Source of the DNA: Pelomyxa schiedti
Lineage: Eukaryota > Protista > Evosea
Reading direction: 5' to 3'
Assembly (NCBI GenBank): GCA_020536535.1
Contig: JAHLWZ010000801.1
Coordinates: 75,095-139,094, forward strand
DNA length: 64,000 bases
Positions within the stretch are counted from its first letter, which is position 1, and the number at the start of each line of letters is the position of its first letter. A program made the position numbers and the translations under genes. Under the pieces are notes generated by a model. The model was given only the letters and a program-made list of their open reading frames with translations, searched no databases and was not told where the DNA came from. Below, piece by piece: positions 13,398-26,033 of the stretch.

Positions 13398-16300
13398 CTA
13401 CGACTTTCGTGGCGCGGCGAGTTTTTGTTCCTGCTGGGAATTCACACCCGTACTTGTGGTTGAAGTGATGATGGGTTCGTTGTCAGTGGGTTGTGAGCTT
13501 GCGGTGGTTGCTGTTGCTGATGCGTCGGTGAGCACTTTGAGCACTTCGGTGCAGGACAGTTTGGCTTTGTGCGTGAGTATGCCGGTCTTGTCCTGCCACT
13601 CCACAAACTCCCGCAGGAAGGCCGTGAGGTGGGTGAAGGAGTGTGTGGGCAGGGCTTCAAGGGCTAGGCTGCAGTTCTTTGGGTGTTGCTGTACAAGGCA
13701 ACCAACGAGGAGCGCGGCGTAGGATGCTAGAACCCGGTTCTCCTGGGGTATCTCCTAAGCAAGCAAATTTAGTACTTGGACAAAAGGTTGTTGCATCACC
13801 TCGGAAGATGTTGTGGTGCAGTTCTCCAAGAAAATATCAACAATGGAAGGCATAAGAGGTTTCTGTCCAACTTCTACGTTGTGTGGCATTATCTATCATA
13901 TTTCCTCCTCTTCACCCAAAGCGTACTTGTTTTTATCGTTGCTTCTCGTATGTGTGGGTTACCTTCAGCCAAGTTTATGAGAAGCCCTAGTGTAAGTACA
14001 CGTATGTCATGTGTATTGCAGTTTGGAGGGTATTGCAGGGACAATAACCCCGACTAATTGGTTCTGAGTACTATCGAGTCATTGAGATCACTTACTACTA
14101 AATCCAAGCTTTGTGGGTTGCCATAAAACGGGCTCGCGGCTGTTTCATTGCCCTCCGTAAGATTGATCAATGCTTTGAGTATTGCAATTGTAATTGTCTG
14201 TACTTTTTGGGTATTGTAAGTGGAAGAAGGTTGGAACTTCTGCATATGGTCTCTTTCAGAGATAGATACCTCTGCTTTTGCTGTCATCCAGTACACTGAG
14301 CAGTATCTCAACTGCTCCTTCCCTAACAAGTACTTGTTGATTTTCAGAGTTCAAGAACGTAACGTTTTCAACAATCTTGAGACAATTTTCTACTTGCCAA
14401 AGAAAAGAGCGATTGGTCCACCTCTGTGTGACTGTTGAAAAGAAAAAAAAGTTGCACTGGGACATACATCAGAACTACTTTTCAAAGTTGTTTTATAGCC
14501 TTTTAGCACACTCAGTATCACTTCTAGAGCACCGCATCTGAAAGTACGTTATTTTAGTGGATGGGTAACGGCCCTTTACTTTCGGCACTCATCATTGACA
14601 GAATGATTTTTTTGTGAGCTTGTAATTAGTTGTAGACACTCAAGCCCAACAACTCCCGCCGTGATCTGTATTGTTATTTTCAGACTGTTGGAAGAATGTG
14701 CCTTCATACCTCCTCGAAGTTGTGAGGGAGATTCGAAAATAACTGCTGAACTTGGCTAATCTGCTTTGAGGGAGATCGTATCACATAACTTACAACGATG
14801 ATGAAATAAAACCTCATAAACACCAGCAGTTACAGGCTTTAGGGGTGAATCGGCACAGGCACAAGAAAGTAGCCAGTTTTTCCTCTTTTTTGGAGGGGAC
14901 AAAGGTGGTGAGCCTACATGCAGAGGATTCGTTGGTGTGGGACTGGTTTTGTTCAAAGACCCCAACAGAAGTAGTTGCTTGACTACCTGAGTAAATTGAA
15001 TATGTACCTGGTTTAGTTTAAAATGACCTTTATTACTAGTGCAAGGCAATCCCCATTTGCATAGGATAGGTTTGCAGGGTCTCCCAAAAGAAAATAAAGA
15101 GCGGAAACGGCACAGAGTGACATCACCTTTAGAACAAGAAGAGAGTCTTTCATTTCATGGTTTTAAATTGTTTTATTTTAACTTTGTTACCTCATCACCA
15201 GCAGCTTTATGATCAATAGATGTAAAAATTTTTTCGAACAAACCGTGGGCCCGCAGCACGAGACCTACATCATTGGTGCTATGCTTACATAGTTTGACAA
15301 AATTACAGCAACTGTGTGAGATTCAGCGAAAACGTTAACAAAAATTAAATGAAAATGGAAAAAACCTGGCACGACAAGCAGAAAGGCGTTCCATCTCTAT
15401 GCCATCCAGAAGGTACGAAATTTCATCAAGAAGGTGGAAATTTTTTTGCTGTTCTGAAGTTCCTAAGGATGATGCCGATTCATCAATTTCCTAATATAGT
15501 GTTTAGAAAGAAGTGATGACAGGAAACATACCTCAAATTCGCTTCCATAACTACTTCGCCGTCTGACCCGTGAGAGGGTTCTTGTTATCCGGGGACGTTT
15601 ACTTTTTTGTGAGGAAGGTTTTTCTTTGTGTGCGTTTTTTGTAGTCGGATCTTCAAGGCAGAAAGGGCTCTAAGTGTGGTTAAGTGGAGCCTTTCAAAAG
15701 CTTCTTACTTTGTCTTTTGGTGTGAAAGGGAGTCTACGGGGAGGTGTAGCTAGCAAATCACTCTCACTCAATCTTCTTCGCAATGGAGACCCTCTGTCAA
15801 GCCCTTATTCACCATTAATATCAAATTTTCATTCCTATTAGGACAACTTGCTGACCTGCACTAGCTGAATGAGGCCTTAGAGGAGTAGTTGGTGTTGGAC
15901 TTTGATTTTCTGTGCTCTCAACATCTTTCTTCTGGGGAGAAGATAGTAAGGTAGGTGCTTGTGATGGTACAGTTGGAGTTCCCTTGGGTGGTGTTGCAGG
16001 AGATAGAGTGGGGGATTCATGTTGTCCTTTGGTTGGCGTTGTGGGAGTTGGAATATGTTGTAGTGATACAGGAGATATAACGGTGTGACCAAATCGATTA
16101 TACACACGCCGGCGTGATGGAGATGTTGGTGAGAGTGAAGAGGCTGTTGATAGAACGGGATTGGACCCAACCGGCAAAGAGAACGGTTTTTCTTTTGATG
16201 TGTCTAGAAGTTGGTTGCTGAGGTTGACCTGTTGTGGTGGGAGAGTTGAAGAAGAAACTCCAGAGTTTTCAATAGAGCGAGGCAAGGTTTCTGTTGTGGG

Positions 16301-17151
16301 TACCACTTTAACATCCGAAACTGGAGGCTGTGTGTCTGCTTGTGTAACTGAAAAGTGCATGGGGTTGGAGAAGTCAACAAAGAAATGGCAACTAGATTAC
16401 CTTGTATTTCAATGCTTCTTGGTTTATCTGTTTCAAGCGGTACAACAGGTTGCTGTGATTGGTGAAGTGAAGTTGATCTCCTCCTCAAAGTCAATGGAGA
16501 ACGTGGCTTAATGGGACTGGCTGGAGTTGGCAAAATAGGTGTTGAATTTGGTGTGCTTTTTGTGGATGGTGGAATAGAAGCACTACCCCCATTGGCATCC
16601 CTTGCACTAAAAATTTGGGTGACATTACTTCCACGGTTTTTGTCAATGTTTGAAGTTTCGTTCTTTCTTCTGTTCTTTTTGGATTTGACCTCCACATTAA
16701 GTAAAGGGTCCTCTTGTTTTGTTTCTTTCACGTTGGGACGAATTGGGCAGAGAGGAAGTCTTTTGCGGGACACTTTCATCTCAATTCCCGCATCAAAATC
16801 AAACACATCTTTGCTACTCTTTTGTAAAGCATCACTGTCACTGGAACTACATGAAGGGCTCTTCTCACGCTTCCTATTCTTACGTTTCTGTGCCGAAGAG
16901 GGGTTATGCGGGTCGATGTTCTCTGTGTCCGTGTCTGTGTCGCTGAAGTGGCACGAACGCTCCTTGGTGGTCGCAGAGCCAACAGAATGAAGTCGCGACG
17001 ACGGAGAAGACGAGAACGGCGAGGTCGGAGATGATGACGCCGAAGACAAGATCCGAGACAAAGTCGGCGGGCCGGTCACAGATCGCGACAACGAACCCTC
17101 AGTCACTTTTGCAGTTGTCGCACTTCCGGCTCTGCGTCGCCTGAATGCCAT
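13398..17151 (-). CDS. WAPL: Wings apart-like (WAPL) cohesin release factor
   Basis: Disordered S/P/T-rich N-terminus, then HEAT-like WAPL-domain motifs: FHLLDEISYLLDGIE, ENCLKIVENVTFLNSENQ, AILKALINLTEGNE, LGLLINLAE, LPTHSFTHLTAFLREFVEWQDKTGILT. ATG at 17151 (the ORF track starts at an upstream TTG); TAG at 13398. Confidence 0.8.
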
Positions 17152-17250
17152 CAACAAGCGAGATCCCGCACCGCCGACGCCTGACTTCGCAAAAAAACCA
17201 ATCAAATTTTGTCTGCGCCGAAGGGACAAAAAAGCACCATAACGTTTGGC

Positions 17251-20247
17251 ATGAGTAAGAGCCCGGACGTTGGCCTAGGGGGTGGCGATGTGCCGACTGT
17301 AGACGACCTCGCCGGCGACTGGTGGTCCCCAATCTCTGAGGAGCACACCTCCCTGCCCACAATTACGAATTTCAGGGGAACTGTGCAGGTGCAGTGCGGG
17401 GAAAAGTGACACCACTCCCCTGCTCTCTAATTTATCCTGGGATCAGACGCCACACCTCCAACAAACGAAATCAAACTAATAATCATCATAATAATAATAA
17501 AACTAGACCCAACCACTACTACTACACAGGCAGCGTGGAATGTAAGTGGAGTCCAGAACTTCATTTGTGCTCCTGTTGGAATAAGCAGCCCATTTGGAAT
17601 GATGTTCTTGTGTGGTAGTGACGGAAGGCCACAGCAATTCCCAAAAAGAGTACGTCCCACATCATTTATACGAACTTCTTTTGGATGTTATTATGAAGAC
17701 TGAAATTCCAGCTGTTTTTTCCACCTGACTTGGGGTCTTGAAGGGGATGAAATACCGATGGAAGTGCTATGAACTTGAGCGCGAGTCTTGCGGCGTGCAC
17801 ACAGCTGTGAGAATGCACCCTCAGAAAGATGCAATTATTGAATGCATTACAGCCGATAGGTTCGCACTGCACTGCATTCACGGCCAAGTCGATAATGGTT
17901 TTATTTGTTGCACAGGGACATTGACGTATTTCTCGTTTTCAGTGGTTTGGCACGGGTGTGGCGTTTCACTGACTATTGGAACCTTCCTCCAGAAGACGTT
18001 CCTCAGTACAATGTGTGCCTGAGCCCCACTGGGTGCTTCCACATGACCGACTGCAAAACCTTTGGTTGTATGGACGTCTATGTGGAAGGGTCACTGAGTA
18101 AGATTATTTATAGCGAATTGGCTGATTTTCTTGCACCTGGTATCCTTCGTCAATTTACCAAACAACAGTTTGAGCCTCACAAAAAAAAAAAAAAAAAAAA
18201 AAAGGAGAGGAGTGTGAGCACCTCCTTAAACAAGGGAGAGTTGGAGTATCGAAGATTTCTCTGCCAAGAGGAGTACCTTTCTACTGGTAAAAAATGGACT
18301 GCTTGCTATCATTTTTTCCCCCTAAATGAACCGCCAATAGGTATGCACTGATGGGAGTTGAAGAGCATCACACACCTCTTACAAACCCCATTGCTGATTT
18401 CGAATCCTTTAAATTTTTGTGGCAAAATGTTGGAGACAAAGCTACTTTCATGTAATCACTCAGCTAATAGGTGTGGTCTGCTGCATTCACACCTGGCAAT
18501 GCTGAGTTTGAAGGTCATCTTCCAAAATATTCTTTGTTTGGAGCAGTACGATAAGAACCTTTCCTTGTACAAATGCTCATGAACTCCAGAAAATAGGAGT
18601 CGATCTATCTCGGCTCTATTACATGTCTATTCTTGTACATATTCATTTAACAAAAGGAGTAGTAATCGTTACTTAGACCCTGCTCATGACTCGGAGGAGG
18701 TTTCCTCCACAGCAACCTCGTGCGTTAATAGCTACTGGTGGCCAAGCAATCTGGTATTTACATCCCTACCTGCCTACCCTAAAGTTCTGCAAATAGGAGT
18801 GAAGAAAGGAAGACAATAGATTATGCCTATGTCTGGTATGAGTCTCCCTTGATATTTAGTACATTCAACGCGTAGAATTTTTTCCTCCCAAGGGGGGGAC
18901 CTGAAGGGGCACCCACAACAATATTCCTCTGGGAAGTGGAGTTCCAAGCACCACTTTTGGCCAGACTGGACCCCACAGCTCTGCGGAACATTTTAGAGCG
19001 TTTTATGTCCGAATCACAACTGATGCACCACTGGGGAATTGAATGTATCAGTGGAAAAGGGGTTGGAATGTGCTACGGTGTGAATAGAAGTGCATTGCTT
19101 TCCTGTGTAAAAAGGTGGAAAGATCCTTTACTTCCTTCCTCATCTCAATTTAGGTATGTTGACATCACCACTGACAAGCAGTGGGCTTTGAAGCATTTGG
19201 ACTTCCTTCGAACTTGTGCTGCTCAAAGTTCAGAGCTTTCTGACTACGGAGATTGCCAAAACGTTGCTCTCCTTCCCTGCTGTGTAAATTTCAGCAACAA
19301 TTAAATATCCTCCTAAGATCCTTGAATGCGTGAGTACCTACGAACATAAAATAGCAGCATTCAATGCTGGTGCGGTTGGAGGACTTGAGTTTTTGTATGA
19401 GCTGACTGGAGAAGTACGTTCGTTGGGTTTTTTTGGTCCCCGGACACCCGCCACTACTTCCGTTTCTTCTTCTAACGTGAACAAAAAAGACTGAATACAT
19501 GGAAAGGGCAAAACTGTTGGCTGCCAACGTGTTAAGTCTGTTCCGAAATGGACCTTTTGCATGCCTTCAGGTCCTTTCCTTTCTCTTTTCTTCCACATTA
19601 ATGGGGCAAAACAGCCAGACGGCTCCGAGAGAATTGTGAAAACCGTTCTTGACTTTGTTTACGTTGGAGAGAACATGGCAAGATTCCTTCCTGCTACCAT
19701 CAAACAACAAATGGTGGCGTTTCTTTCCTCAGAGTTACTGACACCGGATTGGATTTTTGCCCTTGCCCCATCAGATCCAGATGCTTTAACTCATAATCTT
19801 CCAGCGTTCCAGACGTACCGAGCCGATCACCAAGTAAGCTTCTGAAGCTGTTATCTCATCGTTGCGTTGATCAGCGGCTGGGAACTAACAAACAAAATCG
19901 CCACAAATAGGCAACGGGAAGCTACCCTGGGTGGCCTGGCCGCGTTAGTGGAATCCTATTTGCATTCGGCTGCAAAGGTTTAAGCTTCTCCCGCTCACTT
20001 CGACCACCTCTCACCAACCGCAGAGCTTGCCCAGCAGTGGTTGTCGCGAGTGCAAACCCTCACGCAGGAAGGGCCCTTTGGGCAGGCCCACTTCATCCAC
20101 AACAACACAAGCACGCCATTACCATCACCAGACCCCACACGACACGACGCAGTCTTTGCCCGCAAAGCCAGCTTCATGAACGGCAACTGTAACCTCGAGT
20201 CCTGCGGCTCCGCCTTCGCCACCGCTTTACTTTCCAACTTCCTGTAA
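17251..20247 (+). CDS. Bacterial-type uncharacterised six-hairpin-glycosidase-like protein, multi-exon
   Basis: Motifs VPTVDDLAGDW, LARLDPTALRNILE, HHWGIECISGKGVG, DYGDCQN..ECVSTYEHKIAAFNAG, KTVLDFVYV, ELLTPDWIFALAPSDPDA, RADHQ, GSYPGWP, QEGPFGQAH resemble, from recall, a bacterial (alpha/alpha)6 glycosidase-like hypothetical family. GT-AG introns; TAA at 20245-20247. Confidence 0.62.
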
Positions 20248-20373
20248 GCAGTTTGTCCCCCGCCAAAAAACGATTGAACTTTCGCACCCAAAAGGGGGTA
20301 CGTTACCCTCCAATGGCTGCACACAGGAGAAACGAAACCGCACGCCAGAACACAAAACACAAAAATAATCGAG

Positions 20374-22900
20374 ATGGCCCGACAGCTCTACTGTGGCGAC
20401 GAGTTGCGTTTCCGGGACGATTTGAGGAGAATGGCTCAGCTGTTGCCTCCTGAAATGGCAGGAATGCTTTGTGGCGAGTTTCTAGACGTAGTTGGCAATG
20501 CAGACGTCTGCGTCGAGCCGTTCAAATTCGCTCTCGACCATGTCGACGCCGGCTCCGCAGCGACTTTGTTCCTTACCGCCAATCGACAGCAACAACAAGC
20601 GGTACAGCGACATTTGGAGCAGCAACAACAAGCACTGGAGCAGCTACAACAAGCACTACGGCAGGAGCAGCAAGCACTACAGCAGGAGCAACAAGCACTA
20701 CTGCAACAGCAACAACCACTGCTGCAAAGGGAGGAGGAGGTCGCCCGGCTCAAGGGAGAGGCAGACCGTTTGCGTCGCCGATTCGATTGGAAGGGGGAAA
20801 CCAGTCGCGTGTGCGCATTGCTTGGCACTCTCAGGGGAATGCACCCCCAGCGCGTGGAAAAAGCCATACGAGTTGTGCAAATGTTCCCTGCCTCGGACGA
20901 CTTCATGCTTCAGCTGATGCGATTCCGTGACCCACAGCTAACACTAGACACTTTAGTGCCAATCGTTGAGAGACTGCCGCCACTAAGGACTTCGATCGCC
21001 AAGTCCTCATCAGCGTATTATGCCGCAAGATGTTTGTCCATTCTATTTCATCCATTCATTTAACCCTCCCAAAGGGGAAGGTGTGAGCTTGGAGGATGTG
21101 ATTTTGACAAAAAGAGCAAAGAAAGTACATGAGCTAGTGTCTAGAGCCCTGCTACGGGGAGCGATTCTGGTGCAAGCGCCTCCCTATTGTGGGAAAACTG
21201 CTTTGGCAAGGACTCTTATTGCCGCCCAGGCACTTACTCTGCCTGTACACTTTATTCACATTCAACTCCCCCTCATTCCTTTTAAGGTCTTCTCTGCCAC
21301 TATGCTGGATAGGAACCAGCCACAGTTCTGGAGCAATATCGCAGCCCAGCTGAATGGGCAACATGGTGTGTTTATTTTGGATGAGGCACAAGAGGCCTAT
21401 AAATGTGAGTCTGCCAAACCCATGTGGGAGACAGCAAAAAGCCTTCTCCAGGCCCCACGAACAACTTTTTGCATGATCTTCTTTTCCCTTTATGGTGACA
21501 CTGCCAATGCACGTATGATCCCTACTATTTTTTGTGAACTGAACTTATAAAATAGCCACACCAGTCACATTTGTTGCAAATTCCTCACTGTCTCTTGATT
21601 TTTTGGCTTTTTCACAGGTTATCTCATCATCTTCTTCCCTCAAGGTAACAGTTGTGTCTCTACCAGGAAGAACGTAATGAGATTAAAGACCGGATTAATA
21701 CTCTCCAGCAATCAAAGGCTTTACCAATAGTTGCACCTTCAGCCTTAGATGAAGTCTTCAACCTAACTGGGGGACATCCTGGCTTGTCCAGTTCACTGAT
21801 TCAGGACATTCTGGCCAAACGACTTTTCTCTTTCGAGGAAATCTTTTGGTTCCTACACTCAGGTTTCTACTTAAGTAAGCAGAGTAAACCTGGCTTACAT
21901 TATCACAGAATGAGCCCTTAACGTGGCGAGAGGAACTAGAGCGTTGATCAACTACTCCGACGGAAGTGATGATATGGAAATAGCTGCCGAAAAACAGTTT
22001 TTGAGATATATTTTGGAGTCCAAGGAGAGCGCCATTCCAACAAGTGCGCTATCACCAGAGCAACACAACATCGCCGATAGACTTGTGAAACGAGGGATAT
22101 TATACAAAAGCATCAATGAGGTTTTGATGTTCGCAGCACCTTTAATTGTCGGGTTCTGTAAGTCACTTCTTGATGTTTCACACTACTAACGTCACATACA
22201 GATTGGCTATCTTTCTTTCATGATGTAAGAAGTAATATCTGTAGGCATTCCTCTTTATCCCTTGTTGAATGCGTCATCGATGCACTTAAAGTTATATCAT
22301 GGACAGAATTGACATACAATGTTCTTAGTGATACAGGTGTTTCACCCCCAACTTACATCCTATTACTAAGTTCACGTTACACAGCCTCTTCCAGTGGTTC
22401 CACTCACATCAGAGAAGAACAATGGAGATTACTGATGTATAAGGCCTTATGTTTTGTTATGCCACCAGGTAAAATTTCTAGCTTGAATCGAGACACCTGA
22501 ACAGCTATATCAGAGAGCTTTGTTGTGGCTGATGTGGGACCCGAGTTCGGTAGCACCGGCTATGTGGACCTTTATGTCGACCGTTCACTTGAATGGGCCC
22601 TGGAGCTACTTACTCATAGTTCGCTCTCCTACTCTTACCCACTTTGCCAACATACATTAGATCTACAGGAGCATTTTGATGGATTCCAAGGGAAATTCAG
22701 TTGCCATTCCGTTCAAGGATTGGGTTGTCATTGAGTTACGTGACCGTGACTGTGGGCCCCCTGTGAATCTCACTTTAGCAATTACACTGCAGAACAGAAG
22801 TCACATATCCTGCAAGTTGTCGTTAAGCCTTTCTCCGAATACAGTGAGCTCTTTCAAGGCGGGGTTCATCGCGCAGCATTTCACCTGCGACCGTGAGTAA
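20374..22900 (+). CDS. Crinkler (CRN)-like protein: Q-rich coiled-coil header + P-loop NTPase + PD-(D/E)xK restriction-endonuclease-fold domain; probably frameshifted (possible pseudogene)
   Basis: Walker A variant APPYCGKT, Walker B FILDEAQ, FFSLYG, helical LTGGHPGL; C-terminal EEQWRLLMYKAL...GPEFGSTGYVDLYV...WALELL...LQEHF. The tail AIPFKDWVVIELR lies in a different frame (shift near 22701). Confidence 0.68.
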
Positions 22901-23036
22901 AGAAGCTCAAACGGAAAAATCAATTGTAAATGCAGTAATAACTGTTTACCTACACAAAACTATTTTTGGCGAATATTTCTGTCTATTTACATCTCAATCA
23001 CGGTGGAAGTAGGTGTGTTGATGATCACATGGATGC

Positions 23037-26033
23037 TCAATGATGCTGGGTGTTGTTTGGAGCTGTCCTCCGTGCTTCAGAGAAGGCCAGCTTGTGAGCA
23101 GCAGAAAGGGTTTCCTCCAATCTGCACAGCAGCTTCTCGTATTTCTCTGCCTCTTGGTGTAGGCTGTGCTGGTGTTGCTGTGTGATGGTTTCTATGTGCT
23201 TGGTGTTTGCTTGTTCTTGTGAAGCGAGTTGCCGCAGGGTTGACTGTTCCTGCGCGGCCAGTCTGCTTTCCATAGCGGATATCTGCATTGAAAGGGGGAA
23301 AAGTGTAAAATTCGAAGCAGAGATAAATTCATTGTTACTTTGGCAGCGAACTGTGCAGCTTGATTCTCCAGCGTTTGTTTGTTGTATTGGCTCATCAGTT
23401 CAAGTTCCTTCAAGACTTTCTCTTTTTCCGTATGTTCATTCTGGAGCTTGGCCTCTGTCTTTTGGAGTCATGAGTCACACACAACAAGAATTGTAGTTAC
23501 TTGTGCGAGCTGGACTTTCGTATCACCACCTTCTGATTCGGACCTAGCGAGCAAAGACTGTAATTCGGTTATGTGTTGTATTTGGTGGGCTTGTATTTCT
23601 TTCGACACAAGAATCGCTCTGATGAGAGTAGGTAAGAATGTTATTGAATTTCTGAGGGCAGTTATTAACTGCTCGTGGTTGCAGTGTGCAGCTTCCAACT
23701 CCTTCTGCAGTGCCGTGATTTCTGCATTCATGTCGTTGAGCTTTGACTGCAAATCCAACACGATGTTTTCGCGTTGAGACAGTTCTTGAGAGGTAATTTC
23801 CTTCATTGAAGTGAACTGTTGGTGTATCCAATGGATTATATGGAAGCCGGTGTTTACCTCCTTCTTCTGCGCTTCCGACAACTGCTGTTGCTGTTCGGAG
23901 ATATGTTGCTCGTACCGCTCCTTCTCTTGGGATAGCTGAGCCTTCAGTTGTTGCCCTAGCTGAGTTGTCGTGTAAGAAACCCGTTGGGGTGTAATTATTT
24001 ATAACTGGAGAACCTTCTCCGTAGAAGAAAGAGTTGCTTGCGTTTTCTGAAGCTCCCCGGTTATGGCCTGAAGCTTAGTCTTGGTTTCGGCTTCTGCAGC
24101 TTTTGCCGCACGCTCCATCTGGGAAATAGTTTTATGCAATTGATCAACCTCCTTTTCCAGTCCTCGAGATGCTTCTATCAATTCGTTTCAAATAGTGTGG
24201 TGGTGACTTTGGAGCAAACCTTGTTGGAGCCCAAACTGCTTTTCTTTTTCTGCTATTGTGGAGTGAAGTTCTGAGATTTGCGTAGAAAGACCCTTGTTTT
24301 GTTCCTGGAGTTGCTTGACGAATTCCTGCAATTTCCTGTTCTTGTTTTTCTCTGCTCTCGAGTCTTGCTTCATTCCAGCACACTTTTGTTCCAGTTGTCT
24401 GTAACTCTGATAAGTGTTATCAGAGGTGACTCGGGTTTAAACTTTGAAGATATATGTTGTCAACCTTGGTTGTTGTGTCCAACTGTTGTTGTGTTTGAGC
24501 AAGGGAGTTGGTTGAAAGCTCTCGTGCCACACGTAGTTCTTCTTCAAGTTGTTGTATTTTCTGCTTCATTCCCTCGGAATTTTTCAATTCTTCCCTGGAG
24601 GCCAGTAAATTGGTGTGGTGTTACCCCTTTCCCCGTTATTTTCTTAATTATTTCGTTTTTTATAACTAATTTTTTTTTCAGTCACAGACATGTTATTTCT
24701 TCCAAGAGTCTATGACATGAATGAGACATGGGAAGTTGTTTGTGTAAAAATTTGTCTGTACCTCAGGGTCCATTCGACAAGATGCTTGATCTTGAAGGCA
24801 CATTCGGTTTGTCACTCCAATTTCTCTGTTACGTAAAATCGCTATTTCTGTGAAGTTGAATGGTATTTAGGATAAAATAAACTGATTTCTGTGGCACCTA
24901 TGGCCTGCAAAATATCCGCAGGAACTTCGTTCCCAGCCACGTCCAGAAACGTCAATGAAAAGTTGTGTTTCAGTGCCTGTACAAGAGCCTTTCCACCAAT
25001 AATTCCCATGTTGTTCCATCGCAGATCTAAGGAAGTGAGAATGCAGTACAATGCTAATTACTTACAACCTAGATGGGTAAGAGTTGTGTTGTGCTGCATA
25101 GCATGAGCGATGTTGCTTGTAGCTTGAGGGCTTATTCTGTTGTTGCGAAGGTCGAGATAAACCAGGGATTTATTCACAGTGAGAGCTTCAGACATTGCCT
25201 CAATGCCCTGATCCCAAAGACCGACAGTGTTCCATTCCAAAGACAACCTGGCAAAGGGGTGTAAAGTGCAGCTGTGATTTGTAAATTGTTCACACTTGGT
25301 GACAGCAGAATTATTTTTCAGGAGCTCTGCTACAGCGATGGCCCCTTGCTGTCTGATGTTATTCCCTCTCAGGTTTAAGGAGGTTATGGCATTGTTACTT
25401 TTCAGTGCCTCGCAAATAGAGCTGCATCCTGGAAGAAACTTGAGTTCGGTGCAATGGAGTGGGGTCACATTAAAAGCAAACGGAGCACAGTTAGAACTCA
25501 ACCACGCACACCGTTTCACCTGTATCGGACACGGAAGTATCACTCAAATCCAATGACGTTATATTGCCCTCGAACTTGAGTGCCTCCCCAAGAGCCGCAC
25601 ATGCCTACAGTACATCAAAATAAAACAACATGGGGAATAAAAAAAAAAAAAAAAAAAACCAACAACAAACAAACAAACAAACAAACAAACAAAAACCAAC
25701 CCACATAATTTGCCCATCATTCCATGGAGTGCGATAGGTTTTTTTTAAAAACAAAATAAAAAATCACAGCCAACACAGCCAAAGCCAGCCAACCTGGGAG
25801 CTCATGCAGACGCGCGACAAGTCCAAGTTGGTGCCAGCCGCGAGCACCTGGGTCAGGGGCACCACGTTCATGGCCGCGCACGCGGTCTCGTAGGCCGACG
25901 CGAACGACGACGACGAGGACGCGCCGGAGGGCCTCCGCTGGTGCTGGGGCGTAGCTGTGCCACCACCGCCGCCTCCTCCGCCGCTTCCGTTTTCGTTGGT
26001 GCCGGTCGTGCCGTAACTCGTGGTTCGTTGCAT
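23037..26033 (-). CDS. LRRC45: Leucine-rich repeat-containing protein 45-like (RNI-type LRRs + C-terminal coiled coil)
   Basis: LNLRGNNIRQQGAIAVAELLK, LSLEWNTVGLWDQG, LDLRNNRIS, LDLRWNNMGIIGGKAL, LDVAGNEVPADILQAI closely parallel LRRC45 repeats, followed by long coiled-coil exons. ATG at 26033; 3' end approximate. Confidence 0.78.
25638..25694. repeat. Intronic poly(A) run followed by (AAAC)n microsatellite
   Basis: Directly visible: ~20 A then acaaacaaacaaacaaacaaacaaac, inside the first intron of the LRRC45-like gene. Confidence 0.9.
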
